A program made the position numbers and the translations under genes. The notes below the pieces were generated by a model, which had not been told where the DNA came from, made no database searches, and saw only the letters and a list, made by a program, of their open reading frames with translations. A stretch of DNA of 64,000 nucleotides, taken from the NCBI GenBank assembly GCA_905178155.1, contig CAJINV010000003.1:6815612-6879611 (forward strand), written 5' to 3'. Of the stretch, positions 37,601 through 50,069 are shown one piece after another. Origin of the DNA: Amoebophrya sp. A120. Lineage: Eukaryota; Protista; Dinoflagellata. How positions within the stretch are numbered: position 1 is the stretch's first letter; each line of letters opens with the position of its first letter.

Positions 37601-38745
37601 CACAGGCGCGAGACCGCCGCCAACCACAGGCTGCTGCTGCGCCTTCGCCTTCGGGGCGGACGGTGCGCTGGGTTTGTTGCCTTCGCCCAAGATGGCTTTC
37701 ATCTTCTGCATCCGGACCAGTTCTGGCTGGAATGGCTGCTTCTCCTTCTTGAGAGCCGTTACGCGCGCTCGGGAACTTTCCAACATTGCAGTCAACGTCG
37801 TCCCCAGTGCGGGAACGCTCGTCATTGATTTGGAAATCCACCTGCCCAGTACCTTTTTTGCAGCGCAGGGGAAAGGAATAGCTTGACTACCCGGCGGCGG
37901 TCGCGCAAAATTTTGATTAATTTTCTCGATAGTTGTTCATTTGCCGAAAATCATTTTTATTCTTCACGCCACGATGCAATTATTCACTTATTTTCATACG
38001 AACGCCATAATGAAAAGTTTATGTTGGCTTACCGAGTCCGCCCGGACTGGCATCTGTTCGAGGGAAGTGTCAGTATCTTCCACTAATCGGTGAACTAGCT
38101 CGCACACAAGATGTACGTCGGCTAGCGTGCAGCTGGCGCCGACCATGCAGGTCCTGGTGGTCAAGTGGCCCTCCAGGGTGGCGCAAGCCTTTGCGACGTC
38201 TTTCTTGTTACTCACGAGTTCGTTCGCGCCCCATGCCAACCAGCCGTCGACCTTGTACGTTATTTTTTTTCATCATGCGGTAGAGAAGATGGTGCTTTCT
38301 TTATTATTACCAGAAGATTAGTCGACTTTTTCTTTTCTAGTTTCAGTTATGATGCTGCTCAATTTGATTTCTTCTTCGATGATTTCATTTTTGTACTCGG
38401 CTACTTTTCATTTTCTGATGCGCGCACCCCCGCGCGACTTCGATTTGTATCTTTATTTTTTGATGCTGAGAACGCGAATACAATAATACAGGAGACGACA
38501 TCACATACCTGCGCTTTTTCCTGCACACTGAGATCGCCGTAAAGTTCGTTATTTGGCGCACACTCGCCCAGGTGTCGCAGGATGACATTCGCAAAAGTCA
38601 AAAATTCACCGTCTTTCGTGGTAAGCTGGACGTCCTCGCCCCCTGCATCTTCGCGCTTTACTTCGACGACGGAGTGTAGTCCCAGGGCCTCCAATGCAAC
38701 GAGAACGGAACTCACTTCCACCGCCGGGGTGACTTTCAGCTCCAT
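34623..38745 (-). CDS. DARS1: Cytosolic aspartyl-tRNA synthetase with N-terminal GST-like and helical extension domains, about 8 exons
   Basis: [22 protein letters not shown] (OB fold), [93 protein letters not shown]|AQRIHDP and [37 protein letters not shown] (stop 34623-34625). Confidence 0.96.
37151..37484. mobile_element. Introner, family B-like (334 bp), in AspRS
   Basis: TATGCAACGCAAATGTGTC...CCCAGACAAATTTGCATCTGATA with GCCTT at 37146-37150 and 37485-37489. Excision gives ERKK|AEEERKK, readable as GC-AG. Confidence 0.85.
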
Positions 38746-39656
38746 GTCAAGGGTGAAGTAGTCTGGTACTTTTAATACGTCAGGTGGGGATAATATTAAG
38801 ACGAAAATATCAAGAGGGCACACCTCTATGATAGATAAAAGCTGTCGCTCACGTTCGGTGAGGGTGACACAATACGGCTTTCATACGTTCTTCAACGTCA
38901 CTGCCAAAAAATTGAAAATGGATTAAGATTAGTGTGCTTTACCAGGATGCTGCGTTTACGAAAGTTTGTGAACTTTGAATAGAAAGACAGAGACAGACCT
39001 TTACCTCATTGGATCTGAGGAAACAAAATCAGATCGGCGAAAAAAAAATCGAGATTTGTGCAAGAACTAAAATTACTAACGGTCGCCGTGGTGATCGAGG
39101 AGCTATGATGATTAACGATTTACTCGATGCAGAGATCGCTCTCATCAGACAATCGCATGCTGTATGAGTATGATGTTTTGCGTGTCAGGGCTGCGCTCTG
39201 CCGGCATCTATCAAAGCACATGCGCAAATGATCATGATCAAACATTGGACTGAATGGAACTTTCCGTGGATCTCAAAGTGCTTTTCTTCTATGACTGCAG
39301 CAGTACTATTATGCCAGCAGTAGGCCTGGATCCGGCATGCGTGTATGTCCTCTCTGGCTCTGGAAAACAACTACATCATAGGTGCCTCCGAACGTTGTCA
39401 GAGCCGGTGAGACTCGGCATATGATTCGCGCTTGAAAGGAGCCGACCAGCAATGTTGAGTTCGACAGGCGAACCCGTGCAACTGCACGACCAGCTAGGAC
39501 GGTATAAATCTGAGAGCAACTACATCAAGCGCTGAAAAGATAGTTCGAAAAAGTAGAGTGAAGTGCACTGACTTCGATAAAACATGAAGAGCATGATCGA
39601 AGGTCTCAGTCTCGATCGCTGTTATTTGTTCGTTGAACGGAGGACTGCCTCACGCG

Positions 39657-42600
39657 CTATTTTCCCTCGATGCCCCGGTTTGAGACGAGGTAGAGTTTAT
39701 TCCAGCGGTCGTAACTCAGCTCGACGATTTCCCGGTATTGGTCTGACTCGCGTAGCTTTTGAAAGTGCTGCGAGAGCAGGAAGCGACAGCCGCTTGCGCG
39801 CGAGGCGTACCAATGCCAAAATCCGGGAAAATCGAGAAACTCTTGCTCCACCTGCTGCCAGAAGCTGTGTAGGACCGGCTTCACAAAGTCTGCTGGGTAA
39901 CCGTCGTCCAACAAAGACCCGAGGCAGGTCCACAGCCGCGGACTTTCGGGGTGCAAACGGAAGTAGGCTAGCAAGATATCCCGCGCGTCCTCGACCCCTC
40001 CCGAAGTTGAGTGCAGCTGGGGTGCTGTGTCGACGGGGTCTAGAAGTACCTCTTTGTCTTTCTGCAATCCTTTCATTCCTACTTGTTCCTCGTGTAGTTT
40101 GAGCCGAGGTTGCTGAGAAGAGAACGCAGCCGCGCTTTCGGCGGAGGCTTCGAGCGTACGGCGAAATTCTGCGTCCAGACGGTTATACACGTGGTCAAGG
40201 AGGGTCAGAGTTGTTGTACCAGAGGACTCGGCTCCTCGTGTAGTGGCTGGTATTGATACAGCAGCCCCAGAGAAGATCGCGGATCCAGATGAAGGTAGCA
40301 GGCCAGCAGGCTTGGGTTCTTCCACCAACGCAGAAAAGAGCATCGTCAGACCATCCGACACGTTGCGCCAGTGGTCTACCCCACGCCAGGCATTGCGGCC
40401 TTCGACCATCTTTTGTGCGGCAGCTGCTGTCAGGCTCAGGGATTCTTCTGGGATGATTTTTTGAAGACCGTTGGCCTGGTTGTAGTTCTTCACGTGGGAA
40501 TCAAAATCATCTTTTGCCAACATGGCCCCAGGTCCAGAAGAATCAGCTTCTCTGGATAGTACGTGCCCATCGGTGCTGTGGATGAGGTTCGACGCTTGCC
40601 CCTCGTTACGATTTTTACTAAGCGAACTCTTAATATTCTCTTTGCTATCACCAGCGTTCGCGTGTCGTTTCTCTCCTGATGCTGCCCGTCCTCCCCGTCC
40701 ACCTGAAGTTGTTCCAGCATAGCAGGCCGCTCCCGCTGCACCTGCTTGGGGTCGTCCGACCGCGCCGCCATCGGCGCCAGTATTATTGTTAGTGAAACTC
40801 AAAAGCTCCTCCTTCTGACGCTGTATATGCTCCTTTAGGCGCGGGAAGGTTTGTTGTTCCAGGAAGGAAATGTGATCGTCGCGTTCCTGAAGCAGGGTGG
40901 AGAACTTGTTTTGAGTGCGACGCTGCTCCTTCTTCCAGTATTCAACATCCAACAGCGCGTCTTGCTTCTCGCGCTCCTTTTTCTCGACCGAACCCCGCAG
41001 CTGTTGGTACACGTCTCGCTCAAGAAATTCGATGTGCTTCAGCTGCTCCTTCATCTCGTGTTCCAATTGTTTCTTCTTCGCCTCCTTTTGCCGTACACTC
41101 TGCTCCAGTAACTGCAATTTTCGCTCCACCAACTCCATCTGCCGCCGCGTCTTCTCTTGCACCTCCTGATGGACCTTGCGAGAACTGGTGAACGGTTGCT
41201 CCACCTGCAGATGTTGTTCCAACTGATGCTGTGTTCGCTGCTCAAACATCTGTAGCAGCTGCAGTAGGTAAGGACTGCCCCCACTGCCGTCAGACGCTAG
41301 CAACTCCGAAAATTCACTGATTTGCCTCGCCCGGAGCTCTGGCCGACAGTCGCTCTGCGCAATTTTGTTTTCAATGATTTATCGATATCAGGGAAGATGT
41401 AGATGGCTGCGCAACTACTGCAGAAGATTATTTTTATCACATTCTTGTTCTTCATACTGTGCAAGTAGCAAGAGACTGAGAAGTGAAGCAAGTGGAATCT
41501 GCACGATCACGTCCGCCTGTGCGAACATCTTCATAAAACTAAAAGGTACGAACAAGAAATACAAATTCAGATGCAGAAGCGAACCTACAAAGAAACATAT
41601 TTCTTGCATATCCATTTGTCTTTTTATAAATTCATTTTCGTGGAGCTCGAAGCTTCAACAACTTCACAAGCTAGAGCCGTTCGAATTGAGTGATATGATG
41701 ATCGACTTACCAGGTAGAAATCGATGCACTTCTTCAGCTCAGCGTTCGGATACAGTGTGCGATCAGTTACTGGAACCATTGTTTCTGGGTGGGCGTTTCT
41801 TTGTATGAGAGTGCACAAGGCCTCTGAGTATTTTGTTCATATGCAAAGCTGTGCCTGCGCGGCTACCATCAAAGAAAACCAATCACCTGTCGGGGGTGGT
41901 GAAGGTTCCATGATTTGCACGAAACATCTAGCCATAATCCAAAGGACACACCTAGAAAAGGGCCAGGTCGAGGTCATCGTCATGAAATTCGAAAATACAA
42001 AACAGGACAGGGGTGTTGCATACTCTCATACGTTGGGAGAGCCACTGCGTGATTGCAACACGCTCAAATGTGTCACCGCTGTTGAGGTACACCGGATCGA
42101 TTATCGTACTAAAAATCAGCATCACCTCCATCGTCAATTTTTCAAAGTCTTCATGCAGGAAATGCAAAGAGTAAAGAGACTGACAAGCAACACATATTTG
42201 ATGTTGCTGGACTTGAGGCTCTTTCGCACGACATGGAACTAATTTGGGTGGCGATGATTTTATCTGCGATATCGGTCATGACCACCTGACACAGGGGACA
42301 CAAAAAGCTTTTTGGCACTTGCAACACGACAGGCGGCGGCGGTGTCGTCGCTTTGCCTGTTGTGGCAGAGAGAGAATCTCTCCGGTCGTTGGCGGCGATC
42401 CCAGAGCCGGTGACGCCAGAGCTTTTCACCTCCTCTGCCGGAATAGGATTAGCAGAGCTGCGTATGAGCTTTAGCTGCGTTCTTAGAGTGTCGCCGGGCT
42501 CCGTTTCATCTTCCGCACGTGCTGTTTTTCCTGCAAAAATGGGAGCCTCTACGCCCTCGACCTCGAGCCAGGCTTGCTTCGTAGAATCTACAACTTGTTC

Positions 42601-43599
42601 AACATCCCCACCAACAGGTATCGGTGTTACAATCGCAGTCGCCGTGCGGTCGGCAGTGGTGCCTGCACTTGGACTTGCTATTGCTGCAGACAGTCGTGAT
42701 GATTCCTCCGAGCGCTGCATCTTCACAGCTGGCGCCGTGGTGGACGTCGAATAATTCGACGGTCCTCCGGTGGTCGTGTAAGAACGATCTCCAGAATCAG
42801 TGACCGAACCGGCTTGAAAATGACCTGGTGTTGACCGTTCGACGTTCTTTCGGGTTCCTGGAGTCTGTCCGCTTTCATGTACTCCGTCGGGCAGAGAAGT
42901 AGAAATTGCGATCGGGGGCACAGTTGTCGACCTTGAGGACTGCTCAACAACTTGCTGCGGCTGCCTCGTCACCGCTGGAGCCGCGAGCGCGACAACACGG
43001 CTGGAAGATTTCATAACCGTGCCAGTAGTTGTGCCGGTTCTAGCAGACGACGGCGAGGCAGCTGCATCGTCAGAAGTGGAAGAAGAGCAGTTCTTCGTTT
43101 CGCTCTCCTGCGGGGATGTTGCAGCTGCCGTCTCTGTCGTAGAAAAAACTTTTGCGATTGTGGTGTCGCCCTGGTCCTCCGGATTTTCTTCTACCAGTAC
43201 CATTTCACCCGCCATTGAGACCGACGGCGATTTGGGAACAGCCGCCCGTGCAGCCGGCAGGAGACCACGCAATTGAGAGTCTAAGTGGGACGAGGAAGGG
43301 GCGCTTGCTGCACCAGACGGCCCGGCGTAGCTGAGACTTCTAGTGCCGCCGGAGCCGGTTGCTCTGCTGCTCGAGGGGCCAACATTCTTGTGAAAGGCGG
43401 AACTGCTAAGTATTTGCGGTGAAAGTGAAGAGCTTTTGGTTGACCGCTTGTTCGGCCTGCGAACCTCAGTGGTTTTATAGAAGCTGGATACCCCGAAAGC
43501 CTCATCATAACCCACATCAAAACCCACCTGCCGGTCGGGCGTTGCGGTGCCCGTCACGGGACCATTTGCCATCTGCGCCGGATCCGACAACGCTTGCAT
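39657..43599 (-). CDS. U-box domain protein (putative E3 ligase) with Ser/Thr-rich N-terminus; probably continues into the coiled-coil ORF 39657-41303
   Basis: Reconstructed VPKSFLCPLCQVVMT|DPVYLNSGDTFERVAITQWLSQ|RNAHPETMVPVTDRTLYPNAELKKCIDFYL matches the U-box pattern. The junction to the 548-aa ORF (~41370-41710) is unresolved. Confidence 0.72.
41804..42030. mobile_element. Introner (227 bp) within the U-box
   Basis: TATGAGAGTGCACAA / TTGCATACTCTCATA inverted termini; flanks CTTTG/CGTTG. Excision restores WLSQRNAHPET. Confidence 0.85.
42102..42271. mobile_element. Introner (170 bp) within the U-box
   Basis: TATCGTACTAAAAATC / GATTTTATCTGCGATA inverted termini; flanks TCGAT/TCGGT. Excision restores VMTDPV; no GT-AG register. 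Confidence 0.85.
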
Positions 43600-44678
43600 G
43601 TCGATGTTGGACATCCAGAAATACTTACACCTACACGATCATTTTTTCATACAAGCGAGAGCGAGACGGAGACGGACACGAAGTGATTGATCTATTCATT
43701 TTTCTTAATCTGGATAAACATCCCTTCGCAGGCACTTTCTGTTTAACATAAACTTCACGATGGATTGCGATGAACGTGTCGGTGCTCTAAAACTTCTATA
43801 TGCAACTACTACCGAAATAGTAGATCTTCACCAAATGCACGCAATCCAGAAACAAACCTTGACCTTCGTTCTTGAACTTGATCCTCCTTTTCATGAGTGC
43901 CGATGCGTGTCGTTAACTTATGTCAATATTTTACTTTGCTCACGAGCCGAGGGACACGGACCATGACATAGATGAGGGAAGGGGAACCACATCTAGGGGC
44001 GTAACGTTCATCTTTATTAGGGTACACATACTTCAATCTATCTGCTGAAGGAGACGCGAGAACAAAAACACGCACTGGGGGCCCGAGTTGTAAATGCAAA
44101 TCACTCGTCTCCTGAAGCCCAATTCTTGACTACACCAAAATCTTCGCCAGGAACAAAACACCCCTCAGTCATCCACCATCATCTCGGAGTCGGATCTGAT
44201 AAAGCAAAAAAAAAGTTCAACAACACAGACCTTAAAGGGCAAGTTGAGATCAGAAAAAAATATCCAGATCGTCCATCTTGCTCATGTTCCTCAATCACGG
44301 AGATCGATGCAGCGAAAACCAGAAGAACTCGGAGCCTATCATTGGAAATCCGAGAGAATTTCTCTTGTACCAGGCCAAGAACAGCGCGTCATTACTACAC
44401 CTCGAGAATCACGGGATTGGGATAACATTGAGCACCCTCAGATGATGATGAAGAATCCTGCTGCAAAAAGTAGCACGGAGCAAACCGCAAAGCAGGCGCC
44501 TCCATTACACAAAGGAACCTTTATCATGAGATGCTTGCTTTCTCTAGCTTCTTGTCGTTGTGTAGACCTCCCGTGCTGGTGAATGTTGTTTGATGCGGTT
44601 GGTTTTATGTATGGTATACTGAATAAATAAACGTTGATGATGCGTATTCTCTAGGCTGCGGATTTATTGACTTTCGTT

Positions 44679-47600
44679 TTACTTAGATACCTGCTGTGAA
44701 GAAAATTGGAACGAGGGCTTATTAGCGGGCTTGTTTTGATTGCTCAATTGGAATTCTACTATGGCATTGTTAGGCAAGACGTGCTCCTTCGTGACCTTCG
44801 TCCTTCCCTCCATCGTTTTGCCCCCGGCTCGCAGCACGTCAGAGAAGTTCCACACCAATGCCGCATTGAATTGTCGTGGGAAGTCTCGGTGGATTACGCT
44901 GGAAGCTGCACATGCTTTCCAGGTATTCGGGTAGGACCAAGAGCGCGCCTCCATCTCACCCGCAACGTATGAATCTGAAACAGCCCCTGGAGGCAGCAGG
45001 TTTTCCACTAGGAATTTCCAAGTTGTGCCTCTGCTTCTTGCTGGTGGTTTTCAAAAAGATAAAGAGCTGCTTTTGAGGGCAGTCTTCTTCTTGACTACAA
45101 TGCTGACTACGGCAAGAATACACGAGACAAGTGAATACTACGTGGAAATAGGTGACACAGGAAAAATTTTTAAATTTTGTAAACATTGAGCAGCAATTAT
45201 TTTGTGCTGCCACTGCGCCGTCGGTTTGTCGATGGAACTGAGTGCGCAAATACTGCGCGAACCAATTATTTCGAGGTCGGGCGACAGGTACAGGTAAGTG
45301 AGAACGCAGATCGCCTGGTGATCTGCGGTGGTGACCTGGATTTTTCTGAATTTCTATTTGAAATAGCTATACGAAAAACGTTTTACCTGAAGGCACTTTT
45401 CATGCGTATTGACTTCAATTATTGCAATGCACTACCTTAAACTAGATAGGCACATACTACAGTACTTTAGGGCCCGAAATGTAATTAATTTAGCCTGTAG
45501 CTAAGGGAGCCAGTTCAGATACATGGACAGGAAGGGAGGAGCTCGGCGGTGGTGCCAGATCCGGAGGCAAATAGGAGCGGTAATGGGCACCGGAGTGCTC
45601 ATGTTGCACCATCTGGTGCAACAAGGGCAGATTTCGGCCGTATACCCTCCATATTGCGCGATGGTAGCCGTTCGCTGATGGTGCCCGGACACGTGTGAAG
45701 GACTGTAGAAAACTCCCTTAGTTCCGTGCTAAAATTAATTACATTTCGGGCCAATTAGTAGCTACTAGTATACAACTTAACTAGCTAATGTGCCTGCAGG
45801 TTTAGCTACTTCAGCATACTAAAAACAAAAAGAAGAAGCAATAAGTGGCAGCGCGACATCCAGTCCATAACGCCGTCAGCCAGAGGTTGAAGGCCCCGTT
45901 GATCGGACAGGTTCGGCTCGAAATAGTGCTGGTCTTGCCCGTCTACATCCTCCTGCTCCCATCCGCTGCAAAAACTCCGGTGGTTACCCGTTTCCGAAAT
46001 CCTAAAACCTAAATCTGCGACACAGAACTGGTCAAATAATGCAACCAAAATTTAAAAATTTTTCCTGTGTCACCTATTTCCACGTAGTAGTGAACGACAA
46101 CGAATCACGAGTTTTGCAGAGTACTCCTCGGGCCAGTGACCAGCAGCTGCTTCAGTTCGTGCCTGCTTCATCAACCTTCATACTGTGTAGAACGTGCTCA
46201 GTTGCAGGCACTCTCGTCGGACGGTATCGAGTAAGACTGAGCCCAGAGATATCCTGTTTGAGTATTTCGCTCGACACCTGCACCATCAACCTGTCCTCTG
46301 ACAGCGACCAAGGGGCCTGAAATGCACCCTCGGGTCGTTCATGAAACATGTAGATGTACACAATATAAACATATGAGGGTGGTGATGGTGCTGGTGCAGC
46401 TGGCTTTTTACGCCGCATAAAATACGGCGGTCGTGGTGTTGTCAGGAAGGTCGTCGATGACGAACGCATTTCAATATCGTACTCCGCGCTGTCAGGTAGG
46501 TTCTGAGATGAATGAGCAGACCCTATGGCGTCAGTGAGGTACTCGTCGAAGAAGCTTCCTGCGCCAGTGCCGTCCACAGCTAGCTGCGCCAAGTCCAACT
46601 CTAATGCGCAAGAGACAAAACAATCTCGAAACCGAAGGTAAGATGGCGAAAATTCTTTCCCGTCGTCAGAAGCCCTTACTACACTTGCGTGACTTTGCCC
46701 CGTGAGTATAGTGCTCGTTTGTTGGTGTGCTTCTTTTTGTTTTTGCATTCGCGCTCGATCAGAATCCTGGTGGCGCAGCTGTAGCATCGTTTCTGTCCCA
46801 AAGTTGCCAATGAGGTGTCGTGTAGAAAAGATTTTGAATATACTATGTGACGGAAACCAGAAGGCTGGCTTATGTGTATTAGCAAGGCCTCCCCGGCTGT
46901 TGCAAAAATCCACTTGACGTGCTGGTGCAACTTAAACAAGCATGACGCCGTCATGTGAAAATCAACGCGCGCGCTCGACCCTTTCATACCTTGTTCGTGA
47001 GCATGATGTGAAAGTCAAAGTGCAAACGTACCAGCCAGCGTGCTAAGTTGTTGCTGATGTATCTGATAAAGCCTTATCCACCTTAAATACACACAAAAAT
47101 CTTTTTACGACTTGGATACGGCAACCAAAGGCTTTACACTCAGCAGCTGGTTCCACAGTTCTGGCGGACATTGGGTTCGAAGCTCGTCTTGATCCTTACC
47201 TGCCCTCGTGGACATACAGGAAACATCTTCACCAAAAACACCCCAAAAGCAGTCCGCTTTATGCAGTGTCGCCTGTTCTTGCAGCTGGTGCGTACCTCCG
47301 CCCCTGGTGCTCGTTGCTTGACTTCTCTTATCCACTTGCACCTCCTGTGCCTCAGACGCCGCGACTTTGCCGAGCACGGCTCCCGAATTGCTGACCAGGT
47401 CGCGCACCTTTGCAATGACCGGTCCCAGCGTTCGGTCATAATCTAGAGTACGCTTTTTGAGCATCGGGATACGTCGCTCCAGGTATTCCAGGTCCGCCTC
47501 ACGAAAAATCTGCTGCAGACTTTGCAGTTCAGCGACAGCCTTCGCCGGCGCGATTTCATGCGCTAGAAGATTTTTCTCACCTGCGTTAGCTCTCTTCTGT

Positions 47601-48499
47601 GTTAGCAGCTCGTCCACATCTACCACGGGGGCTTCGGCATAACCGTGCCCGACGAGGTAGCAGAGCCCCTGGCAACCCCGGACGTCACTGAGCCACGCGC
47701 GATCCTCCTTGTCGAGCGATACATCAATCTCCTGCAGCTCCACCGAGCCCGGCACCGCCTTCGTCTGCAGCAGGCGGGCCAATGCGTGCAACTGCTCGTC
47801 CTGTGTAAGGCGGACCTCAACTGGCTTCTTGTTCTGCGCCACCCGAGTTTCCGTCGCCTCGTCCTCTTCCTTCGACAATGCTGCCTCCGAGGGCCGGGTG
47901 TAGCGAGGACCATGGAACTATCCACGAAAAAACACCCACTCCCATCCAATTTATCATGGAAAACATGCATAAACTCCCGTGATTGTCATGCAGAAAATGA
48001 AAATGGATGGGAATGGGCGTTTTTTCCTGAATAAGAACTGGGACGCTAAGGTTGCCGCCTGAACCAGTGTGCTTTTTCCCGCCCCGCACAAACCAATCAC
48101 CCCGCACGTCTTGTTGAAGAATCGCTGCTGGTGTTTCATACAAAGCACCACCTGCTGCGAGGACTGTGGAGCCCAGCCCCCGGTGGCACGGTTCTTAGAG
48201 TTGTAACTCTCGCAGGTGCGGTTGATGTTGCGGGTCATCACAAAGAACCCAGAAGTCGAAACATTACCATTAGGAGCTGGCACCGTCCAAGCCTTCTTGC
48301 ACCACCCAGCTGATGTGTGGTACCTGCAGCCATTTTTATTTCTTCCTTCCAACCACGTCCACGTGCTGCCGAAACGTCTCCACCCGAGAGTTTGATTGCC
48401 GCCGCTGCATGTAGGTGCGTTAGTCAACATTATTACAGCTTTTCTCCCGGTCTTCGTGCTGATGAACGGGTTTGGGGATAGTGTTTTCCACACCGCCAA
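44679..48499 (-). CDS. Divergent YchF/OLA1-like (Obg-family) NTPase, multi-exon; start uncertain
   Basis: CGVIGLCGAGKSTL (G1), IFREADLEYLERRI, LLSVKPLVAV, FVSCALELDLAQL, and TGS-like C-terminus YVAGEMEARSW...ASSVIHRDF...KEHVLPNNAIVEF. Confidence 0.7.
45136..46089. mobile_element. 954-bp non-autonomous TIR element with >40-bp perfect TIRs inside the YchF-like gene
   Basis: TACTACGTGGAAATAGGTGACACAGGAAAAATTTTTAAATTTTG at 45136 and its exact reverse complement ending at 46089. GTGAA duplicated at 45131-45135 and 46090-46094. Confidence 0.95.
45471..45752. repeat. Internal 21-bp perfect inverted repeat, possibly a nested element
   Basis: GGCCCGAAATGTAATTAATTT (45471-45491) / AAATTAATTACATTTCGGGCC (45732-45752). 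No clean TSD found. Confidence 0.8.
47919..48033. mobile_element. Introner (115 bp) in the YchF-like gene
   Basis: TATCCACGAAAAAACACCCACTCCCATCCA / TGGATGGGAATGGGCGTTTTTTCCTGAATA; flanks GGAAC/AGAAC. Excision joins ...LASQF|HGPRYTRP... in frame with ORF 47105-47878. Confidence 0.88.
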
Positions 48500-49208
48500 T
48501 ACTCACATGGAATTCAATTTTCCTCTTTGCAACATTGCGATGACGCGTTAGCTGATACAGCTGCTCATAAATGGCACATCGGCGCATAGAGATAGACATC
48601 ACACATCGCTGACTTACACACACAACAACATGATCACAGCCACAATTGCACGTGGAAGTACATCGTCCTCGATCGGGTATTTACGCGTCTGTGCTGAGCG
48701 CTTCATGCACCCGGAAGCACTGGTCGATTTTCGACCGTAGCATGCGAATCAATAATGTTCTTTCTTCAACTATCCGCAAACCTGCAACTGCACGATGACC
48801 TTGTCACCGAGTTGTCCTTTTCAATCTTCTTTCTACGACAGAAGACCGAAATCGAAAAGCAGGAAGAACATCAAAATACATCACGCATACAACCGCTCTC
48901 GGACGTTTTAATATCGATCATAATACGAGCGTGGAACACAGTTTCGCTGCGTCACCAGTGTAGCACGAAGCACATTCTAATATTAACTGACTACAAGAAG
49001 TATAGAATCGGGGCGAGGGCATTCAGGAGGAGCGTCATTTCGTTTCACATCTTTTCTTTTTTATGACATAGACCTAACCTTAAACTTAGAAAGATCACCA
49101 AAGCAACTTCAGATCGGTCGAGTGTGGTTGTTGATCGGGGCTCGTTGCCTTCGTGTTCCTCGCATCTCTTTAAAGTCGCGCTCTCGTCGTCCCTCGGCGT
49201 CAGATTGA

Positions 49209-50069
49209 TCAATGCCCGACGGGTTTGTGGCCATCGACGTAGAAATTCAGTGTGTGTTTTGGCAGCTGGATCACCTCATTCTCGTACAGGTTCTTGGTGA
49301 CCAAACACTGGCACCCGAGACGACTGGTTTCCGTGAGCTCCGGGGCGAGGTCCAGCATGTCCTGTTCTTCGTCCGTGGGGTATTCGAGCTTGTTGAACAG
49401 CTTTTCCGAGAGAATGACGTGACAGGTGCTGCAGGCCAAACTCCCCTCGCAGGCGCCCTCCACCGGAATCTCATTGGCGTGCGCGACCTCCAGGAGGGAT
49501 TTTCCCACCTCGGCATCTACGGTTTTCAAACCCTCATTCGGAATCTCGAACTGGAGCTTTATGCGCTCTGCATTCGGATCGGCCTTGTGGCTGCCGTGAT
49601 ACCTTGCCTGATTCACGATGTGGTGCACCGGTCGACGTGCTATAATCGGGCTGGAGTTTGAAATATTAAGATTCGCCGCTCTTAGAGCTGCAAGACCCAC
49701 GGTGTTCAAGTTCACTGCGTGTAGTTCCCGGCCTCCATGCAGATCGAGAGTAGTTGATGTTCTACTGTCCACCCGTGGAAGAGAAGACGCGAAAGTAGAA
49801 ATAGAGGGCGACGTTGGTTTTGGCCGTGGAGTGCGAGAAGTGTCAGGTGTCTTGCTGGACAGGAACACGGCAAAGTGACGCCGGTGACTGATCGTTGCTA
49901 CTCGACGTGCCGCCGTCGAGCATAATCCCCTTGAGTCAATCCCAGTAATGCCTCCGCATTGGGAAGGCTGACTACAGGCGCCGAAAATTTGCAGCGAAGG
50001 ACGAGGTGCGGAAGTAATACCCCGCGAAGTCAGTTTCAAAAGAGGGCGCGAAGAACTTGAAGCGGCCAT
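49209..50069 (-). CDS. Mitochondrial adrenodoxin-type 2Fe-2S ferredoxin (Yah1/FDX2-like), intronless
   Basis: EGACEGSLACSTCHVI...EQDMLDLAPELTETSRLGCQ...NFYVDGHKP; long Ser/Arg-rich N-terminal presequence. Confidence 0.96.
   Translation of the reverse strand: MAASSSSRPLLKLTSRGITSAPRPSLQIFGACSQPSQCGGITGIDSRGLCSTAARRVATISHRRHFAVFLSSKTPDTSRTPRPKPTSPSISTFASSLPRVDSRTSTTLDLHGGRELHAVNLNTVGLAALRAANLNISNSSPIIARRPVHHIVNQARYHGSHKADPNAERIKLQFEIPNEGLKTVDAEVGKSLLEVAHANEIPVEGACEGSLACSTCHVILSEKLFNKLEYPTDEEQDMLDLAPELTETSRLGCQCLVTKNLYENEVIQLPKHTLNFYVDGHKPVGH

Noticed and set aside
36686-37825. 379-aa ORF as a single AspRS exon
   Set aside because: It reads through the 37151-37484 introner and into a downstream intron; that segment has TIRs, a TSD and non-coding composition.
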